Of a DNA stretch of 64,000 nt, positions 1 to 8,819 are shown piece by piece. This DNA is from Fidelibacterota bacterium (lineage in GTDB: Bacteria > Fidelibacterota > Marinisomatia > Marinisomatales > Marinisomataceae). Each line of letters starts with the position of its first letter. The stretch's first letter is position 1. Both the position numbers and the translations under genes were made by a program. Location of the stretch: contig OZ243041.1 of the NCBI GenBank assembly GCA_965212055.1, forward strand, positions 256,001-320,000, given 5' to 3'. The notes under the pieces are model-generated. The model was not told where the DNA came from and searched no databases. It worked only from the letters and a program-made list of their open reading frames with translations.

Positions 1-498
1 ACTGGAATTGATTATTCGAAAAATGCTATCACATTATGTAACAGAATTCATAATGAGCACAATCTAGAATTTGTTGAAGGTGATGCATCAGATTTACCAA
101 TGGAAGATGATAGTCAAGATATCGTTATTAATGTTGAATCATCGCATTGTTATCCTTCTATTCCCCAATTTCTATCCGAAGTCAAACGTGTCTTGAAACC
201 TGGAGGCTTATTTGCTTGGACCGATGTATGTCCTACACAAGCGGCTGATGATTATGAAAAAGCATTCAATGCATGTGGAATGAAAACCATTGATCGTTAT
301 CAAATCACAGATAATGTTCTAAGAGCACTTGATGCAGATAAAATTAATGAAGTGAAAAATGACATTATCCATAAAAGTACTCCTTTTTATTTAAAGGGAA
401 TTATCAAGGATTTCTCGGGACTGAAAGATACTGCCATCTATAATACATTAAAGAATGGAAGAACGAAGTATTATTTCCGAATTTTACAAAATGGATAA
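1..498 (+). CDS. Class I SAM-dependent methyltransferase, 5'-partial (resembles phthiotriol/fatty-acid O-methyltransferase family)
   Basis: Frame is open from base 1 (TGIDYSKNAI..LEFVEGDASDLPM..DIVINVESSHCYP..EVKRVLKPGG), showing methyltransferase motifs II/III and the NVESSHCY signature. Confidence 0.85.
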   Translation, partial: TGIDYSKNAITLCNRIHNEHNLEFVEGDASDLPMEDDSQDIVINVESSHCYPSIPQFLSEVKRVLKPGGLFAWTDVCPTQAADDYEKAFNACGMKTIDRYQITDNVLRALDADKINEVKNDIIHKSTPFYLKGIIKDFSGLKDTAIYNTLKNGRTKYYFRILQNG

Positions 499-1228
499 TC
501 AAACTCCATTCGAATACACTCCATTCGAACTATTTGGAGATATACACTTAATCACACTAGGAATCATCTTAAGTGTGTCTTTAATTTTTTCCTTTACTGC
601 ACGAAAATATTATGATAAAAATACGTTTGCTGGTTTTGAAAAAATACTAGGCTATCTTTTAATCATCACAGAGCTTATTAAACCATTTTTCTTGGTTGAA
701 TTTGGAGATTATCATTTTACAAATACAGTTCCCCTTCATTTATGTCATATTACTTCTTATGCAACAGGACTATTTTTATTAACAAGAGACACAAGATTTT
801 TTGATTTTGCATATTTTTGGGGAATGGGTGGTGGTACCATGGCACTTCTTACGCCTGATGTAGAATTTACATTTCCACATATTGATTTTATTTCTCTCTT
901 TTCTTCTCATGGTCTTGTGTTTTTTACCATTATTTATATTCTTGTAGTCATTAGACAATATGTGACGTTTTCTTCATTAATTAATGCAGTGAAATATGCA
1001 TTAATGGCATTACCTTTTGTCTATGTATTAAACCTAATCATTGGAGGAGAAGAAGGATATAAAGCAAATCTATGGTATTTAATGGAACGATCTGAAGGAG
1101 CTTCGTTGATGGATTTCTTTCCTGTCTTTTTTCAAAACCCTCCATTTCATATGCTAATTGTTATTCCACTTTCTATTGTCATATTTTTGTTTTTATATCT
1201 TCCATTCTACCTTTTTGAGAAAAAATGA
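491..1228 (+). CDS. YwaF/TIGR02206 (TMEM164-like) integral membrane protein
   Basis: Multi-TM protein with PLHLCH, ALLTPD, SHG and ANLWYL motifs; ATG at 491 overlaps the upstream gene's end. Confidence 0.75.
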   Translation: MDNQTPFEYTPFELFGDIHLITLGIILSVSLIFSFTARKYYDKNTFAGFEKILGYLLIITELIKPFFLVEFGDYHFTNTVPLHLCHITSYATGLFLLTRDTRFFDFAYFWGMGGGTMALLTPDVEFTFPHIDFISLFSSHGLVFFTIIYILVVIRQYVTFSSLINAVKYALMALPFVYVLNLIIGGEEGYKANLWYLMERSEGASLMDFFPVFFQNPPFHMLIVIPLSIVIFLFLYLPFYLFEKK

Positions 1229-2163
1229 GTAAAGTATTTCAACATTATCAATCTTTTTTACGTGCTACTGAGCAAGCAGCCATTGCCGCTGCGCACTTGA
1301 GAGGATGCGGTGATGGAAAAATAGCTGATAAAGCCGCAACAGAAGCCATGCGATCTGTCTTAAACCAAGAACCTGTGCATACCAGGGTGGTAATTGGTGA
1401 AGGAGAACGTGATGATGCGCCCATGTTATTTATTGGAGAAGAATTAGGAGACACAACAAGCGATATGAAGATTGATATTGCTGTTGATCCTTTGGAATGT
1501 ACAAATCATTGTGCACACGATTTGCCAGATGCGATTTCAGTCCTTGCTGCAGCCCCCAAAGGTTCATTAATGGGAGCACCCGATACCTATATGAACAAGC
1601 TTTGTGGAAATAAAGCATTAAAAGGACATGTAAGTCTTACACAAAGTGTATCAGAAAATTTATCTGCTACTGCACAAGCATTAAACAAAGATATTCATGA
1701 TTTACAGGTGATTGTTTTGGATAGAGATCGTCACCAAGATTTAATTGCTGATATCCATTCTGCTGGAGCCAACACGGTGTTAATCAAAGATGGAGATGTT
1801 GCTGGTGGATTAAGAGCGGTAGAGGGTGAAGTAGATTTATTATATGGCATTGGTGCAGCTCCGGAAGGAGTCATTACGGCTACTGCTGTAAAAGCACTGG
1901 ATGGATTTTTTGAAGGACAGCTTCATTTTTATGATGCTGAATTTGAACAAAGAGCTTCTCAAATGTTAGGAGATGATATTCATAAGATTTGGTCTGCAGA
2001 TGAATTATGTACTTCACAAGATGCATTCTTTGTAGCAAGTGGTGTTTGTAGTGGATGGCTTCCTGGTGTTAAATTCCACGATAACAAAGCAATCGTTTCA
2101 TCTAGAGTAATTTTTGGGGAAACAGGAGAAAGTAAACTTATAACCAATGAATATGATTTATAG
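1225..2163 (+). CDS. glpX: Fructose-1,6-bisphosphatase class II (possibly FBP/SBPase)
   Basis: TEQAAIAA, VIGEGERDDAPML, IAVDPLECT, APDTYMNK, DRDRH, DGDVAGG and GAAPEGV motifs. Confidence 0.92.
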   Translation: MSKVFQHYQSFLRATEQAAIAAAHLRGCGDGKIADKAATEAMRSVLNQEPVHTRVVIGEGERDDAPMLFIGEELGDTTSDMKIDIAVDPLECTNHCAHDLPDAISVLAAAPKGSLMGAPDTYMNKLCGNKALKGHVSLTQSVSENLSATAQALNKDIHDLQVIVLDRDRHQDLIADIHSAGANTVLIKDGDVAGGLRAVEGEVDLLYGIGAAPEGVITATAVKALDGFFEGQLHFYDAEFEQRASQMLGDDIHKIWSADELCTSQDAFFVASGVCSGWLPGVKFHDNKAIVSSRVIFGETGESKLITNEYDL

Positions 2164-2171
2164 GAGAATAG

Positions 2172-3152
2172 ATGTCTGAACTACATACAGTTGCACAACA
2201 GATGGTGCAAAAAGGTAAAGGAATACTAGCCGCAGATGAAAGTACAGGAACTTGTACCAAGCGGTTTGAAGGGATTGGAGTAGAATCCACCGCATATTCT
2301 AGAAATTTTTATCGTAGTACACTTTTTACTGCACCAGGATTAGAACATTATATTAGTGGTGTTATTTTATTTGATGAAACATTTAGACAACCAATTATTG
2401 GAAGCGATATGCTGATTCCAGAATACCTACAATCCAAAGATATTTTACCAGGGATTAAGGTAGATACAGGCGCTCATCCATTGGAAGAAGGTTCCAATGA
2501 GAAAAATACAACTGGATTAGATGGATTAGGCGATCGATTACAAGAATACCATAGTCTCGGTGCACGTTTTGCAAAATGGAGATCTGTAATTACTATCGGA
2601 GATAACATGCCATCTGACAAATGCATTCTTGCGAATGCAAATGGTCTTGCTCAATATGCATTGTTGTGTCAACAGCATCATTTAGTCCCAATTGTTGAAC
2701 CAGAAGTGCTAATGGATGGAACCCATACTATCGATACTTCTTTTGATGTGACATCTAAAACACTGGATGTAGTATTTCACCAATTAACAGAGCACCAAGT
2801 TGATTTGAAAGGAATAGTGCTAAAACCAAATATGATATTATCTGGTTATAATTGTGAACATCAAGCCAATGTTGAAGAAGTCGCCCAACGTACGTTAGAA
2901 TGCCTTACCAACCATGTGCCAAATGATGTCCCAGGGATTGCATTTCTTTCTGGCGGGCAATCAGATGAAGATGCAACGCTTCATTTAAATGCAATGAATA
3001 GAAGTGACACAAATTGGAATCTTACTTTTTCTTATGGAAGAGCTTTGCAACAACCTGCATTAAAAACATGGGCTGGAAAAGAAGACAATGCACACGCTAC
3101 ACAAGCTGCACTTCTTGAGAGAGCAAAAGCAAACGGTTCAGCCACTATATGA
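2172..3152 (+). CDS. fba: Fructose-bisphosphate aldolase class I
   Basis: KGILAADESTG, GIKVD, FAKWR, VPIVEPEVL, LKPNM, FLSGGQS and TFSYGRALQ motifs; AGGAGA RBS upstream. Confidence 0.95.
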   Translation: MSELHTVAQQMVQKGKGILAADESTGTCTKRFEGIGVESTAYSRNFYRSTLFTAPGLEHYISGVILFDETFRQPIIGSDMLIPEYLQSKDILPGIKVDTGAHPLEEGSNEKNTTGLDGLGDRLQEYHSLGARFAKWRSVITIGDNMPSDKCILANANGLAQYALLCQQHHLVPIVEPEVLMDGTHTIDTSFDVTSKTLDVVFHQLTEHQVDLKGIVLKPNMILSGYNCEHQANVEEVAQRTLECLTNHVPNDVPGIAFLSGGQSDEDATLHLNAMNRSDTNWNLTFSYGRALQQPALKTWAGKEDNAHATQAALLERAKANGSATI

Positions 3153-3679
3153 AAAAAATACTCTTACTATTATTATTAATCTTGATTGGGTGTTTAAAGA
3201 ACCTATCAATATTTAGACTGAAATGATTAATGAGATCAAGTTTAAATATAAAAAAATCTACAAAGATACTGGAATTACTCAATTTTCTAACTTGCATGAA
3301 AAATAAACTGCAAGAAGGAATTCAAAGAAGAAAAAGATGTATAAACGAAATGGGAATACTACGATTAACGGACAACTCCAAGAACCTTAGAAGTAAAGAA
3401 GATTGAACCTTAAAAGATGGTACTACTATAGACTTGGATTTGGGAGGGGATACACAAAAATATGACAACTCCAAGCAGAATGCACCGTATTATCCATGAG
3501 AAGACAATAAACTAGGAAGTTGTTGGATGGCATGGCTTTTCATGGACAAATTTCGATAGAAGCAACCTTCAAAATAATAATCAAACGGACAAGAATCTTT
3601 TGGGATGGACCATACGAAAACGGACAACTCGAATACAGAAGACAACTCACTCTACAAAGATGGGGAACTCGTTGAATAA
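3149..3679 (+). pseudogene. Scrambled MORN-variant/YwqK-like repeat lipoprotein
   Basis: ATGA-coupled start [15 protein letters not shown] (lipobox). Out-of-frame relics follow (KEPIN, KWEYYD), with recurring AACGGACAACTC (NGQL) at 3367 and 3619 and partial copies at 3464, 3541, 3584 and 3641. Ends YKDGELVE-stop; many indels and stops. Confidence 0.7.
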
Positions 3680-3680
3680 C

Positions 3681-3881
3681 ATGAAAAAAGTAGGATTATA
3701 TTTAACGCTAACATTTATTACCTACCTCATCGGTCAATTGGTATGGTATTTGTCTTTTATTTCTCATGAACCACTATTTGGAAGTGAGCATTTAGAGGGA
3801 TCGACTTTGATTCTCATTTTTACTTTGAGTGGAATATTTGGATTAATAAGTGGCGTGCTCTTATACAAATTAGAAAAATAA
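3681..3881 (+). CDS. Small two-TM hypothetical membrane protein (66 aa)
   Basis: ATG one base after the relic's stop; MKKVGLYLTLTFITYLIGQLVW...LILIFTLSGIFGLISGVLLYKLEK. Confidence 0.6.
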   Translation: MKKVGLYLTLTFITYLIGQLVWYLSFISHEPLFGSEHLEGSTLILIFTLSGIFGLISGVLLYKLEK

Positions 3882-3958
3882 TGGATTTTAATGATCTTGT
3901 TTTACTAATTGTAATTTTAGCTGCTACTTGGTTTTGGCAAAAAGATCGTTTCTTATAA
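3881..3958 (+). CDS. Putative 25-aa single-TM microprotein
   Basis: TAATG-coupled ORF MDFNDLVLLIVILAATWFWQKDRFL filling the gap up to the thiN stop. Confidence 0.4.
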   Translation: MDFNDLVLLIVILAATWFWQKDRFL

Positions 3959-4558
3959 TATTGCTTGAAAAACCATTAATGGTTCTGAACATTCTATGAT
4001 AAATGACGTTCCCAATGATTTATTTCTAATCCCTTTAGATGATGGTGCCAATTTATATGAATCCAGAGGATATTCTAGATTGGTTGATGAAACAATGCTA
4101 TGATTTTGTAAAGTAATTAGACTAACTGTCTGTCCAGCAAAAGAATCAAATTCATTTTTTCCTACACATGGCGTAATAATAGAGTAATCTGTATAGATTA
4201 CGCATTGTATTTGATCAACAAATTCATTAATGGTGAAGAAATTTCCTAAAAAATGATCTTCACTTTTTCCTGATATTCCAAAAATTGATAAAGATAGATA
4301 ATTGTTGTCAACACACCATTCTAACGCTTTTTCTAAATCAGTTTTTGATTGATCTGGAGTATTAATAGTATGTTTAACACTATCTTGAGTATCAGAATCG
4401 ATTGAGTCCAAATCTCCTACTACATAATGTGGAGTAATATTATTTTTTAATAAGGAATTTGCAGCACCATCGGTAGCAATGATTACTTCAGAAGATCTAA
4501 TTTGATCAACAATATTAGAATCCTTGGGAAACGTTCCATTGACAACTAAAGCAACCAT
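3953..4558 (-). CDS. thiN: Thiamine pyrophosphokinase
   Basis: IATDGAAN, VVGDLDS, DQSKTDLEKAL, GISGKSEDH and LEYPL motifs. Confidence 0.92.
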   Translation of the reverse strand: MVALVVNGTFPKDSNIVDQIRSSEVIIATDGAANSLLKNNITPHYVVGDLDSIDSDTQDSVKHTINTPDQSKTDLEKALEWCVDNNYLSLSIFGISGKSEDHFLGNFFTINEFVDQIQCVIYTDYSIITPCVGKNEFDSFAGQTVSLITLQNHSIVSSTNLEYPLDSYKLAPSSKGIRNKSLGTSFIIECSEPLMVFQAIL

Positions 4559-4569
4559 TGTTTTAGATG

Positions 4570-5172
4570 TTAACCTAGTCTATCGGCAACAAAATCCCAA
4601 TTGATCAGATTCTCTAACACTGCCTTGACATAGTCAGGTCTTACATTCTTATAATCTAGATAATAGGCATGTTCCCATACATCAATCCCCATTAGTGCAT
4701 GTTCACCATGTGCTAGGGGATTTTCAGCATTTGGAAGACCACGTAGTTCTAGCTTTCCGTCTTTTTCAACTAACCAAGCCCATCCGCTACCAAATACTCC
4801 AACAGCTTGTTGAGTAAAGTCGGTTTTGAATGTATCAAAATCACCAAAAGCTTCATTAATTTTTTCTAAGAGCTTTCCTTGCGGACTATTGCTACCACCT
4901 GGTGCCATTTGTTCCCAATATAAAATATGATTCCATGCTTGGCCTGCATTGTTAAAAACTTTTTTATGACCATCTTGAAAACTTTCAACGACCACTTGGT
5001 CTAATTCCATATCCATAAATTTGGTACCATCCGCAAACTTGTTTAACATATTAAAATAAGCCTGATGATGTTTCCCGTAATGCAGATCAACTGTATCAGA
5101 TGAAATAGTAGGTGCTAAGTCTGATGCACCATATGGTAATGCTGGTAGTACAAATTTCTGTGAATCACTCAT
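4570..5172 (-). CDS. sodB: Fe-type superoxide dismutase
   Basis: LPALPYG, HYGKHH, FNNAGQAWNH, FGSGWAWL, NAENP and DVWEHAYY motifs; the AGQ plus NA pattern is Fe-specific. AGGAG RBS favours ATG 5172 over 5232. Confidence 0.93.
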   Translation of the reverse strand: MSDSQKFVLPALPYGASDLAPTISSDTVDLHYGKHHQAYFNMLNKFADGTKFMDMELDQVVVESFQDGHKKVFNNAGQAWNHILYWEQMAPGGSNSPQGKLLEKINEAFGDFDTFKTDFTQQAVGVFGSGWAWLVEKDGKLELRGLPNAENPLAHGEHALMGIDVWEHAYYLDYKNVRPDYVKAVLENLINWDFVADRLG

Positions 5173-5251
5173 AAAAACTCCTATAAATTGTTTTAAATGT
5201 TTTAAATTGTAGATGAATTTAAATACTTTCAATCTAACATAAGAGAAAATT

Positions 5252-5752
5252 ATGACTCAAATTAAATTAGGTGATCAAACGGTAGATTTATCTGGGCAAT
5301 TACCAACAGTAGGAAGTCAAGCACCGGACTTTTTATTAGCAGATAACGAATTGGCCAATATGACGTTAAAAGATTTTGAAGGAAAACAATTAGTATTAAA
5401 TATCTTTCCTTCTCTTAGTACTCCAGTATGTTCAGCGTCGGCTCATAAATTTAATGAGCTTGCTGATCAAATGGACAACACTACAGTAATCTGTATATCT
5501 AAAGACTTACCATTTAATCAAAAACAATTTTGTGTTGCTAATAATTTAGAAAATGTTCTTTTTCTTTCTGATATGCGTAATGATGCCTTTGCAAACGATT
5601 ATGGTATCTTACATCTCAATGGAAAGTTCCAAGGATTGCTAGCGCGATCTGTTGTAATCATTAATAGCGATGGCACAATTGGTTATACGCAATTAGTGGA
5701 ACAAACAGGACATGAACCAGATTATGATGCTGTACTAGATGCGCTTACTTAG
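5252..5752 (+). CDS. tpx: Thiol peroxidase (atypical 2-Cys peroxiredoxin)
   Basis: FPSLSTPVC peroxidatic motif, ISKDLPF..QFC resolving Cys, GLLARSV and EPDYD. Confidence 0.93.
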   Translation: MTQIKLGDQTVDLSGQLPTVGSQAPDFLLADNELANMTLKDFEGKQLVLNIFPSLSTPVCSASAHKFNELADQMDNTTVICISKDLPFNQKQFCVANNLENVLFLSDMRNDAFANDYGILHLNGKFQGLLARSVVIINSDGTIGYTQLVEQTGHEPDYDAVLDALT

Positions 5753-6626
5753 CCACTAGAACAGGACAATTACATTCTGCAGCAATACTGATTGGTTTGC
5801 TACCAAAAAAATACTTCATTATTGGATTCTTTGGGGATACTCCAAGCATGATGATGCTATCATCTCCTGCATTTTCAACAATTCTTTTCACAACATTTCC
5901 TTCAAGAATGGTTGCAGTATTTTTAATGCCAGCATTAGAAAATTTGTCTTCAGTTCTTTCTAGTATTTTTTTAAGCCTATCATCAGACGATTTATTTTCA
6001 AGGACGGTAACAATCTCTACCGACAATTTGTTGGCTTTTGCAAATTGTTCAGCAATTTCGATTGCTTTGTTTGAGCCTTTAGAATTATTGACGGGTAATA
6101 AGATCTTATATTGTTTCTTAACAGAATAATTTTTTACAACCAATACTGAACTATCAATAAACTGAACCAAATTATGATGCATTCCCTTATTATTCCCACC
6201 CCCTATGATTGTAATATCATGATCGTTATCTTGTACCTCTGAACGTAATTGTTCAATAATTTCTCCAGTACGTAAAATGAGATTAATTTTATTCGAATGT
6301 TTTCCTTTGAGCAATACGCGCATTCGTGATTGTTCTTCATCTATTAAGAGATGATCATTAAACGTGGTTACTTTTTCTTCTTGAATATATTCTTTTGATT
6401 TTAAAAAGTTATATGCCCATTCAAGTGTTCTTACTCCCGGTCTGTATAGTTGTCTTTCATCAAGATTTTGATGAACAATACTGACATCTTTTTCAGAGAA
6501 TTGACTAATCTTTTTTCCAACATAGGCAATTGTAGTGCTGGCTTCAAACGAATTAGAAACCTTCATTCCAAGATCTAATGTTGGTTTGGAATATTTTCTA
6601 CCACCAATTGCGATTAAAATGTTCAT
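5745..6626 (-). CDS. Tandem-domain universal stress protein
   Basis: ILIAIGG and KILLPVNNSKGS N-terminal strands, FFGSK..IAAECNCPVLV C-terminal motif; ATGA overlap with the transporter stop. Confidence 0.8.
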   Translation of the reverse strand: MNILIAIGGRKYSKPTLDLGMKVSNSFEASTTIAYVGKKISQFSEKDVSIVHQNLDERQLYRPGVRTLEWAYNFLKSKEYIQEEKVTTFNDHLLIDEEQSRMRVLLKGKHSNKINLILRTGEIIEQLRSEVQDNDHDITIIGGGNNKGMHHNLVQFIDSSVLVVKNYSVKKQYKILLPVNNSKGSNKAIEIAEQFAKANKLSVEIVTVLENKSSDDRLKKILERTEDKFSNAGIKNTATILEGNVVKRIVENAGDDSIIMLGVSPKNPIMKYFFGSKPISIAAECNCPVLVAK

Positions 6627-8032
6627 AGTGTTACCCAATAAAATTTTGAGACCAAATATAAAATAAGAATTGAACTAGAAAACATCAATAGCCCAACTCT
6701 AAAAAAGATTTTAATACTAACAAGTCCAGTTGAATAAACAATCATAGCGGTTGGAGATGAGATAACAGTTAAGAATGAAAAACCAGATGCAATGGCAGCT
6801 GACATTCCAAAAGAGATATCATTTGGTTGCAGTTCAATTGCCATTGGTCCCAGTAGGGATGTTGTAGCCGAGCTTGTGAAAAAATTTGATGTTAAACCAG
6901 TAAGTATTGCCATGAATGACCAACTAAAAGATGAGTCTTCTGGAAAAAATGATGTGAGCTCATTAAACTTTCCAACTAACCAAGATGATGCATCCGTTTC
7001 GTTAATTTGCAATCCAAGTGAGATGGTTGCTGCAAATAATAGAATGACTCCCCAATTAGTATTTTTATTGATTACTTCCCATGATACCATCCCACAAATC
7101 ATAAATATAAGTGCACCACATAACGCAATAATTCCAAGCCCTAGTTCTTGGTTAAATAAAAACCAACTGGCTATAATGAAGCCAATAATTAAACAAGAAA
7201 AGAGATGCCTGATATTGGTTGCACTATTTGATTTTGCAATCGATCTTTTGTATCCCTGGACTTGTACGTTGTCTAGTGAGGTTGGGAATGCAAATTGGAG
7301 AACAAAATACGCAACAACCAATTGAATGATTAAAATTGGATATGCATATTGTATCCACTCCCAATAACCAATTCTTTCGGCTTCGGTAAATTGGTCTAGA
7401 TAATTAATCATAATAACATTGCGAGCTCCACCTGATGGAGTACCAATTGATCCAATAATTGTTCCATATGCTATTGAAAATAAAACTAATAAAATTGCAT
7501 TTTTCCCATCTGGTGTTGAAGAGTCTACGTTTTTAATAATGGCTAATCCTATAGGTAGCATAATAGCAATAATAGTATGTTCGCCTAAAAAAGAAGAAAG
7601 AACGGCAGAAACAACCATTAATCCTGCGAGGAATAATCGTTTGCTTTTTCCAAAAATGGAAATAATGATTTTTGCCAATCTGATATCTAGTCCTTGATGA
7701 ACAATTGCAATGGCGAACATCAAAGATCCCATTACAAATAAAACAGCATCATTCATAAATGATGATGCTACTACATCAGCTGGAGCTACTCCTAATATGA
7801 CCTGTAAGACCAGTGCAAGCAGTGCTATTGCTGGAAAGGGGATTGCTTCCGATGTAACCAAAATAAACACCATAAATAAAATTATAAGACTGTGATAAGC
7901 GGGGACAGAAAGGTCGACTGGTGTCGGTAGACTGATAAAGATTAATGCAAATATTATACTAAAAACAAACCACTTTTTTTGAGAAAACCAATATAAAATA
8001 GATGATGATATAATTTTGTAGGAATCCTGCAT
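6623..8032 (-). CDS. DASS/SLC13 sodium-coupled anion (dicarboxylate/sulfate) symporter
   Basis: Many TMs; IGSIGTPSGGARN, NWGVILLF and SSPTAMIVY motifs. Confidence 0.88.
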   Translation of the reverse strand: MQDSYKIISSSILYWFSQKKWFVFSIIFALIFISLPTPVDLSVPAYHSLIILFMVFILVTSEAIPFPAIALLALVLQVILGVAPADVVASSFMNDAVLFVMGSLMFAIAIVHQGLDIRLAKIIISIFGKSKRLFLAGLMVVSAVLSSFLGEHTIIAIMLPIGLAIIKNVDSSTPDGKNAILLVLFSIAYGTIIGSIGTPSGGARNVIMINYLDQFTEAERIGYWEWIQYAYPILIIQLVVAYFVLQFAFPTSLDNVQVQGYKRSIAKSNSATNIRHLFSCLIIGFIIASWFLFNQELGLGIIALCGALIFMICGMVSWEVINKNTNWGVILLFAATISLGLQINETDASSWLVGKFNELTSFFPEDSSFSWSFMAILTGLTSNFFTSSATTSLLGPMAIELQPNDISFGMSAAIASGFSFLTVISSPTAMIVYSTGLVSIKIFFRVGLLMFSSSILILYLVSKFYWVTL

Positions 8033-8101
8033 TGGGTTAATTTATTTAATTAAATCAAAAAAAGCATAAGTTTAAAAGTTAATCCTTCTCTTATTTAGTG
8101 C

Positions 8102-8131
8102 TTGACTGATTTGTCAATTAAGGCGTAATGT
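8102..8131 (+). promoter_or_regulatory. Putative actA promoter with overlapping inverted repeat
   Basis: TTGACT-N18-TAATGT; palindrome TTGAC-TGATTT-GTCAA at 8102-8117. Confidence 0.4.
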
Positions 8132-8171
8132 TCAGTCTACTTTAATGATACAAAAAGGCTAATTAATTAGT

Positions 8172-8819
8172 ATGCAATTATTCTCCAGATGGACTAATAA
8201 CTTTGCTGGAATTTTTTTGATGGGGGTCTTTTTACTTCTATTTTCCCTGTCATCTTTTATATGGTATTATGGATCTCCTTATTATACTGATGTAGGATAC
8301 GCACCTGTTCAACCAGTTCCATATAGCCATAAATTACATGCTGGAGATTTGGGAATTGACTGTCGATACTGCCACGTTGGCGTCGAACAATCTTATTCTG
8401 CTGTTATTCCACCAACAGAAACATGTATGGGCTGTCATACCTTTGTGAAAACAGATAGTGACAAATTAAAATTAGTGCGAGAAAGTTGGGAAACTGGAAA
8501 ACCTATTGAATGGATTAAAGTACATATGCTTCCCGAATATGCTTATTTCAATCATAGTGTTCATGTAAATTCTGGTGTTTCTTGTATCTCTTGTCATGGA
8601 AATATTGCAGAAATGGAAGTTGTATATCAGGTAAAACCGCTCAGTATGGATTGGTGTTTAGATTGTCATAGATCTGATAGCCCTGAGATTAGACCCGTAG
8701 ACCAAGTAACCAATATGTATTGGACTCCACCCGATGACTATGATCAATTTGTAGCAGATTTTTTCGAACAACATGGTGATGAAAGACCAGTAGCGGATTG
8801 TCAACAATGTCACAGATAA
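8172..8819 (+). CDS. actA: Alternative complex III pentaheme cytochrome c subunit
   Basis: N-terminal TM; GYAPVQPVPYSHKLH; five CxxCH (CRYCH, CMGCH, CISCH, CLDCH, CQQCH); YFNHSVH. Confidence 0.93.
   Translation: MQLFSRWTNNFAGIFLMGVFLLLFSLSSFIWYYGSPYYTDVGYAPVQPVPYSHKLHAGDLGIDCRYCHVGVEQSYSAVIPPTETCMGCHTFVKTDSDKLKLVRESWETGKPIEWIKVHMLPEYAYFNHSVHVNSGVSCISCHGNIAEMEVVYQVKPLSMDWCLDCHRSDSPEIRPVDQVTNMYWTPPDDYDQFVADFFEQHGDERPVADCQQCHR

Noticed and set aside
3149..3679. Diversity-generating retroelement target
   Set aside because: No reverse transcriptase or template/variable repeat pair in the window, and the damage is indel-rich rather than adenine-specific.
3600..3680. N-terminal part of the 93-aa ORF 3600..3881
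   Set aside because: It is an off-frame reading of the MORN relic; ATG 3681 is the better start.
5189..5206. TGTTTTAAA direct repeat between sodB and tpx as a Fur/PerR site
   Set aside because: Low-complexity AT sequence with no convincing match to those boxes.
5797..7895. Antisense ORFs opposite the USP and DASS genes, and similar shadow ORFs throughout the window
   Set aside because: They fully overlap well-supported genes and carry no recognisable motifs.
7911..7930. CGACTGGTGTCGGT resembling the TetR operator
   Set aside because: Wrong spacing, imperfect arms, and located inside the DASS coding sequence.
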